This document shows, piece by piece, positions 37,914 through 47,537 of a DNA stretch of 64,000 nt (position 1 is the stretch's first letter; each line of letters begins with the position of its first letter). This stretch comes from an uncultured Eubacteriales bacterium (GTDB lineage Bacteria > Actinomycetota > Coriobacteriia > Anaerosomatales > JAAXUF01), in the NCBI GenBank assembly GCA_964541225.1, contig CAZIPN010000010.1, positions 15-64,014 of the forward strand. The letters run 5' to 3'. Below the pieces are notes generated by a model. That model worked only from the letters and a program-made list of their open reading frames with translations, did no database searches and was not told where the DNA came from. A program made the translations under genes and the position numbers.

Positions 37914-39188
37914 CTACTTGACTTGGACCCTAACCGTCTTGGAGTGCGTGCCCAGCCGAGTGGCATCACCGGCGTAGGTGACGTGAACGAAGTAGTAGCC
38001 GCGAACGTGCGGCGCGAAGGCGAACGACCAGCGGGCATCTCCATCCGTTCGCACGGTTGCGTGCGTTGTGCGATGGTGCGGCATTTCGATCTCAACCCGT
38101 ATCTGGTCGGACTTGCTGCCCGGAGTCAGCACTCCCGAGAACGAAACGCGATGACGCAGCCTCACGGTCCTGTGGTCCGCATTGATGGACAGCGCCGGCC
38201 CCACGCGACCAAGCCTGAGTCCGGGTGAGTATGCGCCGTTGGCCACTCCCAGTCGGTAGCTCTGCAACACAGTGGAGTTGGAGTCCATGGGCCAATCCTG
38301 AACGCTGTTCGCCGAGTTGAACCAGCTCACTCCGACGATTCGAGGGAACTGGCGTGGAATAGCAGCGAACATCGACCGGATCCATCCGACTTTGTCTCCG
38401 CCCGTAGACACACTCGCAGTCTCGGCAACGAAGATGGGTTTGGACGCGGACAGTGAACACAGTGTGGCATACGGTGCGGCAAACAGACTCTCGAATGACC
38501 GCCATTGCACGTAGTTGATCGTGGTAGAGAAGTTGTAGCCGTCCAAGGCCATGTAATCGACGTAGGCGTCACCCGGATAGTAGGCCGCAATTGAGTTGCT
38601 CTGTGTGTTTGGCAGACTCTCGATATTGGGGCACCACACGAACTTGACGTTCGTGGCCCCCTCGCGCACGAAGATGTCGTGTATGTGCCTCCACGCGGGG
38701 ACGAAATCCGCTGGGCTGTTGCCATTTGACGTGCCGCTCCATGGATACCAGTAGCCGTTCATCTCATGGAGCGGCCGTATCCATATCTCGTGACCGGAGT
38801 TCCTCGCAGCATCGGCGTAGGCGCGAATCTTGGAGTCGAAATCACCGCGCGTAATGCGGGACAGTCGGTAGGCCGGTTGGTCCACGACGCCGCTCTTGCC
38901 CTCAGCGCAGAACTCGAGCGTGATCAGCGGGATGGAGCCGTGCGCTGCAGCGTTGTCGACCTCCGTGGGGGTGAATCCTTGCTCGATGCACCGGAAGAAG
39001 TTGACGACGCCGATGTGCAGCCCCAGCTCGCCCTCCATGGAGGAGAGTGGCCCCAGCTGCTGGGGAGTACCAGGCTGGTAGAAGCCGATCCAGCGATTCA
39101 GTGCAATCGCCGGAACTGGAGAACTCGCGATGATCGCCCCGGCGAGAGAGGTACACACAAGAAACGTTGTGAGTAGCCTTCGATTCAC
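37914..39188 (-). CDS. Secreted glycoside hydrolase, GH26-like, with C-terminal Ig-like domain
   Basis: Signal peptide MNRRLLTTFLVCTSLAGAIIA. WIRPLHEMNGYWYPWSG and FVWCPN motifs. Confidence 0.6.
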   Translation of the reverse strand: MNRRLLTTFLVCTSLAGAIIASSPVPAIALNRWIGFYQPGTPQQLGPLSSMEGELGLHIGVVNFFRCIEQGFTPTEVDNAAAHGSIPLITLEFCAEGKSGVVDQPAYRLSRITRGDFDSKIRAYADAARNSGHEIWIRPLHEMNGYWYPWSGTSNGNSPADFVPAWRHIHDIFVREGATNVKFVWCPNIESLPNTQSNSIAAYYPGDAYVDYMALDGYNFSTTINYVQWRSFESLFAAPYATLCSLSASKPIFVAETASVSTGGDKVGWIRSMFAAIPRQFPRIVGVSWFNSANSVQDWPMDSNSTVLQSYRLGVANGAYSPGLRLGRVGPALSINADHRTVRLRHRVSFSGVLTPGSKSDQIRVEIEMPHHRTTHATVRTDGDARWSFAFAPHVRGYYFVHVTYAGDATRLGTHSKTVRVQVK

Positions 39189-39429
39189 ATTGCGACTTCC
39201 ATCTAGCAGGCTGCCGAGATCGTATGTGTTCCCGAAGCACCGCTCGACATGCGACCCCGGCCGCTAGTTGTCGGCGCTTTCGCAGGCACTATAGCACGGT
39301 GATGTGGAGGGATAGCCCCGACTGGCTGGCAGCCACAACGGGACTCAGGCCAGCACCGACGTAGCCTCGGAATTGACGGTCCGTCTCACATGCCCGGACA
39401 TCGACGCGCGGCATCCGACACAGACACAC

Positions 39430-39486
39430 TGTGCCCCGCGAGACAGCTGACCCTGTCGTGCAGGATCAGACCGTCCGCGGGGCACA
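39430..39486 (-). terminator. Long nested hairpin downstream of hsp20
   Basis: TGTGCCCCGCG (39430-39440) pairs with CGCGGGGCACA (39476-39486), 11 perfect pairs. An inner GACAG/CTGTC hairpin sits in the loop. No U-tract. Confidence 0.35.
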
Positions 39487-39520
39487 TGGCTGCGAAACTC
39501 CACTCGTCAAGATCAGAGCA

Positions 39521-40003
39521 CTACTGACCCTTCGGGGACTTGGCAGTGGCTTTGACCGGAACATGAACGGATTCGCGCTCTGTCTCCGTCGCCCCACCTG
39601 GTACTACGATCTCAACAACGCCGTCATTGAAATCGGCGTGGATTGAATTCGGATCCACTCCGCGCGGAAGCCGCATCGTCCTCTGATACGTCCCCCACGA
39701 GCGCTCACGGACCACATAGTCCTCATCCTTGGTCTCGTGAGACTCCTCGCGCTGGGCCTTCAACGTCAGCATGCTGTCAGTCACCGAGATGTCGACGTTC
39801 TCCGGCGTTGCGCCTGGAATATCGGCCTTGATGACCATGTCTTGGCCACGGCTCATGATATCGATGCTGGGCATCACAACGGTGGACTCGGTCTCGGCCG
39901 AGCCGCGCATGGGCACGCCAATGCCCGTCCACATCCGATCCATCTCCCGCTGAAGTGCAGCGAGATCCGCCAGCGGATTCCAACGAGTGATCGTACTGGG
40001 CAT
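39521..40003 (-). CDS. Hsp20/alpha-crystallin small heat-shock protein
   Basis: ATG 40003 after GGAAGGAGGTGA. Alpha-crystallin core PSIDIMSRGQDMVIKADIPG...RERSWGTYQRTMRLPRGVD. Confidence 0.85.
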   Translation of the reverse strand: MPSTITRWNPLADLAALQREMDRMWTGIGVPMRGSAETESTVVMPSIDIMSRGQDMVIKADIPGATPENVDISVTDSMLTLKAQREESHETKDEDYVVRERSWGTYQRTMRLPRGVDPNSIHADFNDGVVEIVVPGGATETERESVHVPVKATAKSPKGQ

Positions 40004-40090
40004 CTTGCTCACCTCCTTCCGTTTGGCTTCGTCGCGTTCATCTTCTGATGGCACCGGCCGCACCGGATCACGCGACCGGCCTGGTACTCT

Positions 40091-40852
40091 CTACCCTCTT
40101 TCGCGCGACATCTGAGAGCTGTTCACCATATCTTTCAGACGCATCGCATCGGTCGGAGCGTGGCCCTGCGCATCGTTGTTGAAATAGGCGTAGCAGTCGT
40201 GTCCCAGTGCCATCTCACGTCGCAGAAATTCACTCCAGGGACCCAGCGCAGATCGCTCGTACGCACCGTGGTATTCGGCCGTTCCGTGGAACCGAACGTA
40301 CGCGAAATCCGCAGTCATCTCGAAGTCACTGGGCATCCGATCGCTGCTCACCTGCACTCTCGCCACGTTGTGCGCACGAAGCGCCGAGGACGTCTCGGCG
40401 CCGAGCCACGATTCGTGGCGGAACTCCATCGCATGCCGCACGGGCGATGGCGGAATCTGCTCGAGAAAGTCGATAAGGAGCCCGGCGTCGCACGCAAGCG
40501 TCGGTGGCAGCTGCCAAAGCACGACCGCGAGCTTCTCGCCCAGGAGCGACATGCGTTGCATGAACGTCGGCAAGGCCACCTCGATTCCGGCCAGCCGCCT
40601 GTAGTGAGTGATGAACCGACTGCCTTTCGCGGCAAACCGGAAGTCCGGCGGCACGGTGTCGTGCCAGAGCTGGACCGTCTTCTCGGCAGGCAAGCGATAG
40701 AAGGTGCCGTCAATTTCCACAGTCGAGAAGTGCTCGGCGTAGAAGCGGAGCCTTTCTCGCGCACGAAGGTGCTCCGGGTAGAAAACACCATTCCAGTGAT
40801 CGTAAGACCAACCGCTCGTCCCTATCTGAACTGCGCCTATGCGATGTGCCAA
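40091..40852 (-). CDS. DUF72 (YecE-like) family protein
   Basis: QIGTSGWSYDHWNGVFYP N-terminal signature; length is typical. Confidence 0.8.
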   Translation of the reverse strand: MAHRIGAVQIGTSGWSYDHWNGVFYPEHLRARERLRFYAEHFSTVEIDGTFYRLPAEKTVQLWHDTVPPDFRFAAKGSRFITHYRRLAGIEVALPTFMQRMSLLGEKLAVVLWQLPPTLACDAGLLIDFLEQIPPSPVRHAMEFRHESWLGAETSSALRAHNVARVQVSSDRMPSDFEMTADFAYVRFHGTAEYHGAYERSALGPWSEFLRREMALGHDCYAYFNNDAQGHAPTDAMRLKDMVNSSQMSRERG

Positions 40853-40939
40853 GGTGGCGACCTCCTCGGCGGTTCGTACCCGGGTTGGGCGATTGGATGG
40901 AGTGAAGTGCCGGAATCGCGCTCAGGAGCGTAGTATGGA

Positions 40940-42688
40940 ATGCGCTGGGGATTGCGCCGGCGCGACAGAGAATTCCTCGGTGCCGAAGGACTCGAAGTGA
41001 GCGACCACGAACATGGCCCCGCCTCTAGCGCAGGCGATCCCACGCCCGGACGTATGGTGAGCCCACTCGACGCCGAGCGCCAATCGCGTGCGGATGCCCT
41101 GTACCACGAGGCTCGGGCAATTCGACAGCGGGATCACGAGCGCCTGAGGTCCCTCGCCGAGCAAAGCCTCGAACTCTCACGCCACCCAGATTCCAATGGC
41201 GAGAGCTACGAGGCTGGACAGGCGAGGGCGCTGAGCATGCTCGCGTACTTCAACGCCGCGAGCGGCCAATGCGATGCCGCGATCTCGCAGGCAGCCGAGG
41301 CCCTCGGTCTGCTCGCATCACATGCGGCAAGCACGGTCCTCGGCGACATCTACGAAGCGATGGGCTGGGCGCATTCCTGCCGAGGTGAGTTCGTCGATGC
41401 GATCGACGCTCTCCTGCGCACACAGATGGTGGCGCGAGAAACGGGGGATCCTGGCCTTCTCGCCATGGCGCTCGGCAAGATGGCGAGCGTTCACAGGACC
41501 ACCGGGCATCTCAGAGACGCGGTTGATGGCCACACCCAGGCCATGAACATCCAGCGCGGACTCGGCGACGAACTCAACGTCGCACTGGCGCAAGACAGCC
41601 TTGCCCGTGACTACGTGGCAACCGCCGAGTACGACAAAGCACTGGCGACCGTCCGCGAGGCGCTCTCGTACGTGAAGCACAACGACGCGCCGGACGTTGC
41701 GACCACGGTGTATACGACGGCGGCCATCGTCTTCGTGGCAACCGGGGACTTGGACAAAGCGCACGACTACGCAACCCGCGGCCTGGAGCTCAGCCGCCAG
41801 CGCGAATCGATCGGCGAGCAGTGCGAGAACTTGATCACGTTGAGTCGGGTCGGCCTGCGCCGCAGGAACTACGACGCCGCACTCACCGCCGCCGAGCGCG
41901 CGCTCGCCGTCGCGCAGACGCACGGACGTCCCATCGAGGAGTTCCGGTGCCAAGAGCTGCTCTCCGAAATCCAGGAGCGGCGAGGGGATTTCGCTGCGGC
42001 GCTCGCCTCATATCGACGCTTCCACGAACTCGAGCACGCGCGCATCAACGAAGAAAGCGAAACTCGCATCGCTCACTTGCGCGTCGAGCATCAACTCGAA
42101 TCCGCGAACAAGGACGCGGAGATCCACCGACTTCGCAGCCTCACCCTCGAACGCGAGGTCGAGGAACGTCGGCTAGCGCACACGCGCCTCGAGGCGCAGG
42201 CCTCACTTGACCCGCTCACGGGCCTGTACAACAGACGCCATCTCGCGGTCATCGCTGATGAACTCCAAGCAGCGATGAGTCGTGGCGACTCCGTGTGTCT
42301 GGCGCTCTTCGATGTCGACCGCTTCAAGCGCGTGAACGACACCTACGGACACATGACCGGCGACCGCGTCCTGGTGGCCGTAGCACTTCTTCTCGGCAGG
42401 AATTCCCGTGCCTCCGACGTGCCATGCCGCTACGGTGGAGACGAATTCCTGGTGCTTCTGGTTGGCATGGACGCCGAGGCAGCCCGTGAGGCGGCCGAGC
42501 GCTTGCGAGCAACCGTTGCCGACGCCACGATCGAGCATGACTCGGCGCACCTTTCGATCACCATCAGCGTCGGAGTTGTCTGCGCACCTGCCGACGGCCG
42601 CACTGATCTCCCAACGCTGATCGAACGAGCCGACCGGGCTCTGTACTCGGCGAAGCAAACGGGCCGCAATCGGGTGGTGCTCGCCTAA
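40940..42688 (+). CDS. TPR-repeat sensor diguanylate cyclase (GGDEF)
   Basis: N-terminal ~400 aa of TPR-like repeats plus coiled coil. DVDRFKRVNDTYGH, RYGGDEF, ALYSAKQTGRNRV. Start is uncertain (40940 or 41054). Confidence 0.8.
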   Translation: MRWGLRRRDREFLGAEGLEVSDHEHGPASSAGDPTPGRMVSPLDAERQSRADALYHEARAIRQRDHERLRSLAEQSLELSRHPDSNGESYEAGQARALSMLAYFNAASGQCDAAISQAAEALGLLASHAASTVLGDIYEAMGWAHSCRGEFVDAIDALLRTQMVARETGDPGLLAMALGKMASVHRTTGHLRDAVDGHTQAMNIQRGLGDELNVALAQDSLARDYVATAEYDKALATVREALSYVKHNDAPDVATTVYTTAAIVFVATGDLDKAHDYATRGLELSRQRESIGEQCENLITLSRVGLRRRNYDAALTAAERALAVAQTHGRPIEEFRCQELLSEIQERRGDFAAALASYRRFHELEHARINEESETRIAHLRVEHQLESANKDAEIHRLRSLTLEREVEERRLAHTRLEAQASLDPLTGLYNRRHLAVIADELQAAMSRGDSVCLALFDVDRFKRVNDTYGHMTGDRVLVAVALLLGRNSRASDVPCRYGGDEFLVLLVGMDAEAAREAAERLRATVADATIEHDSAHLSITISVGVVCAPADGRTDLPTLIERADRALYSAKQTGRNRVVLA

Positions 42689-42717
42689 CGCCGGGGAGAC
42701 TGCAACCGCAGCCTGAC

Positions 42718-43974
42718 CTATCCCCCGGTGCCGTTCACCCTCGCGACGATGCGATCGATGATTTCGTCGAGAATCTCGCGCGTCGTAGCGAAGTTCAGCC
42801 GAGCAAATCCGGCTCCGCGCTCGCCGAAGTCCAGCCCCGGCGAAAGCGCCACCCGCGCCGACGTGAGAAGCTCTTTGGCCGGATCGTCACCCACGTTCGC
42901 GTCGCGGAAGTCCAACCACGCCAGATACGTCGCCTCGGGTACGGAGAATCGCACGTTCGGCGCTTCGGCACCGATGCGTGCGGCGAGGTGGTCTCGTTGC
43001 GCCGTCAGATGTGCTTTCGTCTCCCGCAGCCACGGCGTGCCTTGCGTCCACGCAGCGCGCGTTGCCTCGGCAGCAAGCGATCCTACCGCGCCGAGCATGT
43101 GTGAGGGCAGCTCGTTGACGGCGCGATCAAGACCGTCGTGACCGAAGTGGCCCACCGCACAGCGCAAGCCGGCAAGGTTGAAGGACTTGCTCGCCGCATT
43201 GAAGGTCACCGTCCGCGCTGCGGTCTCCTCGCCGAGAAGCGCCATCGGTATGTGCCTGGCGCCTGGATGCGTGAGGTCCGCCCAGATTTCATCGGAGATG
43301 ATCAGCAAGTCATGCTTCTCGGCGACATCGGCAATCGCCGAGAGTTCCGCGCGCGTGAACACCCGGCCCGTCGGGTTGTGCGGATTGCAGAGCAGGATCG
43401 CTCGTGTGTTGCCGTCGATCACCGCCGACAAGCGATCGGGATCGAGTCGCCAACTGCCGTCCTCAAGAGGACACTCGATCAGACGTCGGCCCGACGCATC
43501 GACTGAATGCAGAAACGGCGGATACACCGGCGTGAATACGACAACTCCGTCGCCAGGAGCCGTGTGCAGCCACAGCGCGAGGTCCACGCCTTGCATGACA
43601 TCGCAGAGCACACGCACGCGCTCCGATGCGGGACGCCAACCGTGGCTGGCCTCCTGCCAATCGGCGAATGCCTCGCCCAAGGCGCCTACCGCAGTGAGGT
43701 TGTAGCCGAAGTCACCGCGGTCCACGAGCGCTCGAACGGCCTCCACAGAGACCGGTGCGGGCTCAAGATCCATGTCAGCGACCCACGCGGGCAAGACATC
43801 CGCGTCATATCGAGTCCACTTCAGGCTCGTGAGCGAGTGCAGCCGCGCAAGTTGCTCGGCGAACGCATTTCTTGGCGCATCACTCGAGTCAGATCTCACA
43901 GCACCCCCGAAGGCGACGTGGTTCTCGGCGCTCTCGAATGTAGCGCAGATCGTCGCAGCGTGCGTGCCCGGCAT
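42718..43974 (-). CDS. PatB/MalY-type C-S lyase (class I/II aminotransferase fold)
   Basis: SLKWTRYDADVLPAWVADMD, NPHNPTGRVF, SASKSFNLAGLR (PLP Lys). Start is uncertain (ATG 43974 or GTG 43899). The track extension to 44097 is Arg-rich and non-coding-like. Confidence 0.75.
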   Translation of the reverse strand: MPGTHAATICATFESAENHVAFGGAVRSDSSDAPRNAFAEQLARLHSLTSLKWTRYDADVLPAWVADMDLEPAPVSVEAVRALVDRGDFGYNLTAVGALGEAFADWQEASHGWRPASERVRVLCDVMQGVDLALWLHTAPGDGVVVFTPVYPPFLHSVDASGRRLIECPLEDGSWRLDPDRLSAVIDGNTRAILLCNPHNPTGRVFTRAELSAIADVAEKHDLLIISDEIWADLTHPGARHIPMALLGEETAARTVTFNAASKSFNLAGLRCAVGHFGHDGLDRAVNELPSHMLGAVGSLAAEATRAAWTQGTPWLRETKAHLTAQRDHLAARIGAEAPNVRFSVPEATYLAWLDFRDANVGDDPAKELLTSARVALSPGLDFGERGAGFARLNFATTREILDEIIDRIVARVNGTGG

Positions 43975-43980
43975 CCTCCC

Positions 43981-44101
43981 GTGAGTGCCCAGAGACTGGA
44001 AGGCCCGGCGACGGCTCACCGCTGAGCTTCGACGCCGGGCCCTTCGTACCCCCCTCAGGGCGCGAAGACACGCCGACATTACTGGGCCGACGTGCACTCA
44101 C
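43981..44101 (-). promoter_or_regulatory. Structured GC-rich 5' leader of the C-S lyase gene (candidate riboswitch/attenuator)
   Basis: A 12-13 bp hairpin GAAGGCCCGGCG (43999-44010) / CGCCGGGCCCTTC (44033-44045). It is enclosed by complementary 8-mers GTGAGTGC (43981-43988) and GCACTCAC (44094-44101). The proximal 8-mer abuts the GGGAGG before ATG 43974. Confidence 0.3.
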
Positions 44102-44228
44102 CAATGACTTGCGTCAAGATGGGCAAGCCCGACTGAGCGATGCTGACACGAACCCATGATTCCGCGCTCTCGCCGAGCTAGCGTTCGCTTCGCCCGCACC
44201 TAGCGGATGTCGGCACCAGAAGGGGATC

Positions 44229-45227
44229 ATGGAGTTCAAGCACCGCGGGAGAATGGTGTTGGTAATCGTGGCAGCCTGCTCGCTGCTGCTGACACCAACT
44301 GCGTGCCAGACTCATCCCGCCACCCAATCAAGAACGCACTCGCGGGCACACGTGGCGAGTCTGCACACGCCATCTGCGGCGACATCCACGGTGGTGACCG
44401 CCACGATTGCCACCCCGTCGAGCGCGCCAACCTCTTCCGCCGAGACGACCCCTGGCGCCCCGTCCTCGCTTCCCTCGGCGGAGCCGGTAGCCCCCTTGCC
44501 GAACCCGATCGCCACGCTGCCGCAACCAACCGCTGGCCGCGTGCTGGCAAGGCCGCGCGATCTCGGCGTTCCAATACTCATGTATCACGTGATCGCCAAG
44601 GCACCGCCCGGAGCGAGCAACCCTGATCTGTACGTGACACCTGAAGAATTCGTGCAGCAGATGACGTACCTGTCCAAACACGGCTATCACGCCGTGACCC
44701 TCAAGCAGGTCTACTCGTACTGGCATGGCAAGACCACACTGCCGAGCAAACCTGTCGTGCTTTCCTTTGACGACGGCGACATGCCCGATTTCCGCATCGT
44801 TGCGCCACTTCTCAAGGAAGTGCGCTGGCCGGGCGTGCTCAACCTGATCGTCGGAAGCGACAAGCACCCCCGCATGAAGAAAGAAGTCGTTCGCGCCCTC
44901 ATCGCCGAGGGTTGGGAAATCGACTCCCACACGATCTCGCATGTCGAAGTGCCGAGCCTGTCGGACTCCCAGCTCCGGTTCCAGATAGGCGAATCGCGCC
45001 ACCGTCTCCAGAAATGGTACGGCGTTCCGGTCGATTTCTTCTGCTACCCGTACGGTCGCTTCAATGCCAGGTCGATCGCCGCAGTCAAGGCGGCTGGCTA
45101 CCTAGGTGCCACGAGCACGCGCGGTGGCTTGGCAAAGCCGCGTGAGATCTGGAAGATGCGCCGCGTCCGAGTGTCGGGCGGACTGTCGCCAACGTCATTC
45201 GCGAAGCTGATCGGCGACGCTCACTAG
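44229..45227 (+). CDS. Secreted polysaccharide deacetylase (NodB-type)
   Basis: ATG after AAGGGGA. Signal or lipoprotein-like N-terminus and S/T/P linker. VPILMYHVI, VVLSFDDGD, HTISH. Confidence 0.8.
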   Translation: MEFKHRGRMVLVIVAACSLLLTPTACQTHPATQSRTHSRAHVASLHTPSAATSTVVTATIATPSSAPTSSAETTPGAPSSLPSAEPVAPLPNPIATLPQPTAGRVLARPRDLGVPILMYHVIAKAPPGASNPDLYVTPEEFVQQMTYLSKHGYHAVTLKQVYSYWHGKTTLPSKPVVLSFDDGDMPDFRIVAPLLKEVRWPGVLNLIVGSDKHPRMKKEVVRALIAEGWEIDSHTISHVEVPSLSDSQLRFQIGESRHRLQKWYGVPVDFFCYPYGRFNARSIAAVKAAGYLGATSTRGGLAKPREIWKMRRVRVSGGLSPTSFAKLIGDAH

Positions 45228-45314
45228 ACTGTCGCACGCACGGTTGGCAAGCCGCCGCACCGCCTGACCGAGACCGAGGTCATCGGCAGGAGTACCCAAC
45301 CCGCCGATGAACCG

Positions 45315-46301
45315 CTACTGATCGGCCTGCTCGGCAGGAGACCCCACCGCGGACGGCGGGGAGACCGAGGGTAGCGATGTTGCCGCGACTGTCGAGACGG
45401 CAGCAGTCCTTCTGGGCCATTGGCCGAGGAACACCGCCCGCGTGACTGCACTGAACTCGAGCGCCCATGCCAGAAGAGTCGACGTCGCGGTGGTGGTTAT
45501 CTCCGAGAGTGCCACGCCGAGCCACCCGCTGCCCACCAATACCAGTGGGAGCGTGACCATCTGCCCGGCGTAAATGCCCAAGCTCCTGCGTCCTGCCCAT
45601 GCCTGCGCTGATATGACCCGGGCGGGCAACAGCCGATACATGGCCCACACGGTCGTGATACCGGCCACAGCGGTCACGAATTGGACGGGGACTGTGACCT
45701 GCGGCACAAACGAGAGTCCCGCAAACGCTGCGACCCCACCGAGGGCAATCCATCCATCAAACCGCCGGAACACGGTGCGGTGTTTCGCGCACAAGTATCC
45801 GAGAACGAGGTAGGGCATCAACAGCACGATCTTGTCCAAGCCCGCGGTCGTTGTCCTCGGCAGAAAACGAGCGAGACCCACAGCGAGACCGACAGCACCG
45901 AGCCACATGTCGGCACGGCTGACAAGCCGAGCGAGCGTGAAGAGCACGAACAGCATGAACAACAGCCAAAGGAACCACATCTGATAGGCGCGATGCGGCT
46001 GAATCGCAGCCCAGCCGAGAGTGGTCGGCCAATCGGACACGGGCACACGTTGGATCAGCATCTCTGCGGCAACCCAAGCGAAATACGGCACCAGCAACGC
46101 CAGCGCCTTGCGCCTCAGAAAGACAAGAGGGTTTGAGCCCTCGCGCCCAAATAGCACGTACCCGGCGAGAAAGACAAAGAGGGGCATGTCGAACGAGACC
46201 ATGAAGACAACGGCTTGATGGGCACCCGGCATGTGCATGAACTCCGACCGCAGGTTCAGAAGATGCTGCAGTGGAACGAGCGCGACAGCGAAGAACTTCA
46301 T
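45315..46301 (-). CDS. Acyltransferase-3 family membrane protein
   Basis: About 10 hydrophobic spans; the family signature LIDAMKFFAVALVPLQH spans the annotated ATG. The true start may be the in-frame ATC at 46340, 7 nt after GAGGAGG. Confidence 0.65.
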   Translation of the reverse strand: MKFFAVALVPLQHLLNLRSEFMHMPGAHQAVVFMVSFDMPLFVFLAGYVLFGREGSNPLVFLRRKALALLVPYFAWVAAEMLIQRVPVSDWPTTLGWAAIQPHRAYQMWFLWLLFMLFVLFTLARLVSRADMWLGAVGLAVGLARFLPRTTTAGLDKIVLLMPYLVLGYLCAKHRTVFRRFDGWIALGGVAAFAGLSFVPQVTVPVQFVTAVAGITTVWAMYRLLPARVISAQAWAGRRSLGIYAGQMVTLPLVLVGSGWLGVALSEITTTATSTLLAWALEFSAVTRAVFLGQWPRRTAAVSTVAATSLPSVSPPSAVGSPAEQADQ

Positions 46302-46444
46302 CGCATCGATGAGCTCATTGCGTTTGCTGACTCCGGTGATTCGGGCACCTCCTCAAGGGCGCGACGCAAGATCCTCGGCACAAGTCGGCCTTGTGCCCGC
46401 CCCACAAGCGATTTTGGTTCCATACTCGGCAGCGAGGCCGCGCG

Positions 46445-47230
46445 CTAGCCCACCTTCGGCTTGAGTGCGGTGGCAATGGTGTCGGCGAAGTTCACAAACT
46501 CGCTGGGCATCATGATGATCGTGGTCGTGTTCTGCTCGGCGCCAACCTCCGTGATCATCTGCATGCGGCGCAGCTCGAGCGCCAGCGGGTGCTCGGTGAT
46601 GATGATCGACGCGTCGGCCAGCTTCTGAGCGGCTTCGTTCTCGGCCTCGGCCTTGATGATCCTTGCGCGCTTCTCGCGTTGCGCCTGCGCTTCCTGCGCC
46701 ATGGCCCGCTGCATCTGCACCGGAATCTCGACGTCTTTCATCTCGACCATTTCGACCTTCACACCCCACGGCTCGGTCGCCTGGTCGACGATCTCTTGCA
46801 GGGCAGTGTTGATCTTGTCGCGCTCCTTGAGCACTTCATCAAGCGTGTGCTGGCCAATGATGTTGCGCATTGTCGTGAGCGCAACCTGGTAGGAAGCACC
46901 GTAGTAGTCCGCCACAGAAATGACGGCATTCACAGGATCCGTGATCTTGAGCCACACGACAGCGTTGACCTTGATCGTGACCGAGTCCTTCGTAATCGAC
47001 TCCTGACTCTCGATGTCAACCGTCAGCGTTCGGATGTCGACCTTGCGCTGAGTATCGATTCCGAACGGAATGAGCCAGTACAGGCCGGGCCCTCTCGTGC
47101 CGTGCAGCCTGCCGAGTCGAAAGACAACCGCGCGCTGAAACTGATACGCGACCCGAATCCCGCTTACGAGCCCAATCGCAAGAAAGATGACGAGGCCGAG
47201 CAGCAACATCGTGATGAGACCGAGCACCAT
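46445..47230 (-). CDS. SPFH/Band-7 (stomatin-like) protein
   Basis: N-terminal TM, then QFQRAVVFRLGRLHGTRGPGLYWLIPFGID. C-terminal coiled coil QAQREKRARIIKAEAENEAAQKL. Confidence 0.85.
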   Translation of the reverse strand: MVLGLITMLLLGLVIFLAIGLVSGIRVAYQFQRAVVFRLGRLHGTRGPGLYWLIPFGIDTQRKVDIRTLTVDIESQESITKDSVTIKVNAVVWLKITDPVNAVISVADYYGASYQVALTTMRNIIGQHTLDEVLKERDKINTALQEIVDQATEPWGVKVEMVEMKDVEIPVQMQRAMAQEAQAQREKRARIIKAEAENEAAQKLADASIIITEHPLALELRRMQMITEVGAEQNTTTIIMMPSEFVNFADTIATALKPKVG

Positions 47231-47436
47231 TGCCCCTCCCAAGTCGAGCGGACCGCGCGTCACGACCGATCGTGTCGTTGACTCATCTTACATCCGCGAG
47301 GTTCTCCCCATGCCCAGCTTCCTGACCCTGCAGCGCGGTCACAAAGGCGACACGCCTAGCGTCGACCATTCAACGCAATCAGGCGCCGCTCAGATGGCCC
47401 GAATGCGCTTGTCCGCCGTTCCCAAAGCACATCTAT

Positions 47437-47448
47437 TGATGCGCATCA
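47437..47448. promoter_or_regulatory. Perfect 12-bp palindrome TGATGCGCATCA
   Basis: Located in the 307-nt intergenic region, 90 nt upstream of the small acidic ORF (ATG 47538). Confidence 0.3.
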
Positions 47449-47537
47449 TTTCAGCCGATGAAAAGAACAGATGCGGAAACCAGCCACGGTGTCCGGGTCT
47501 GTTGAACAGCCCGTTGGACGCAGCATGGAGGTGAATC

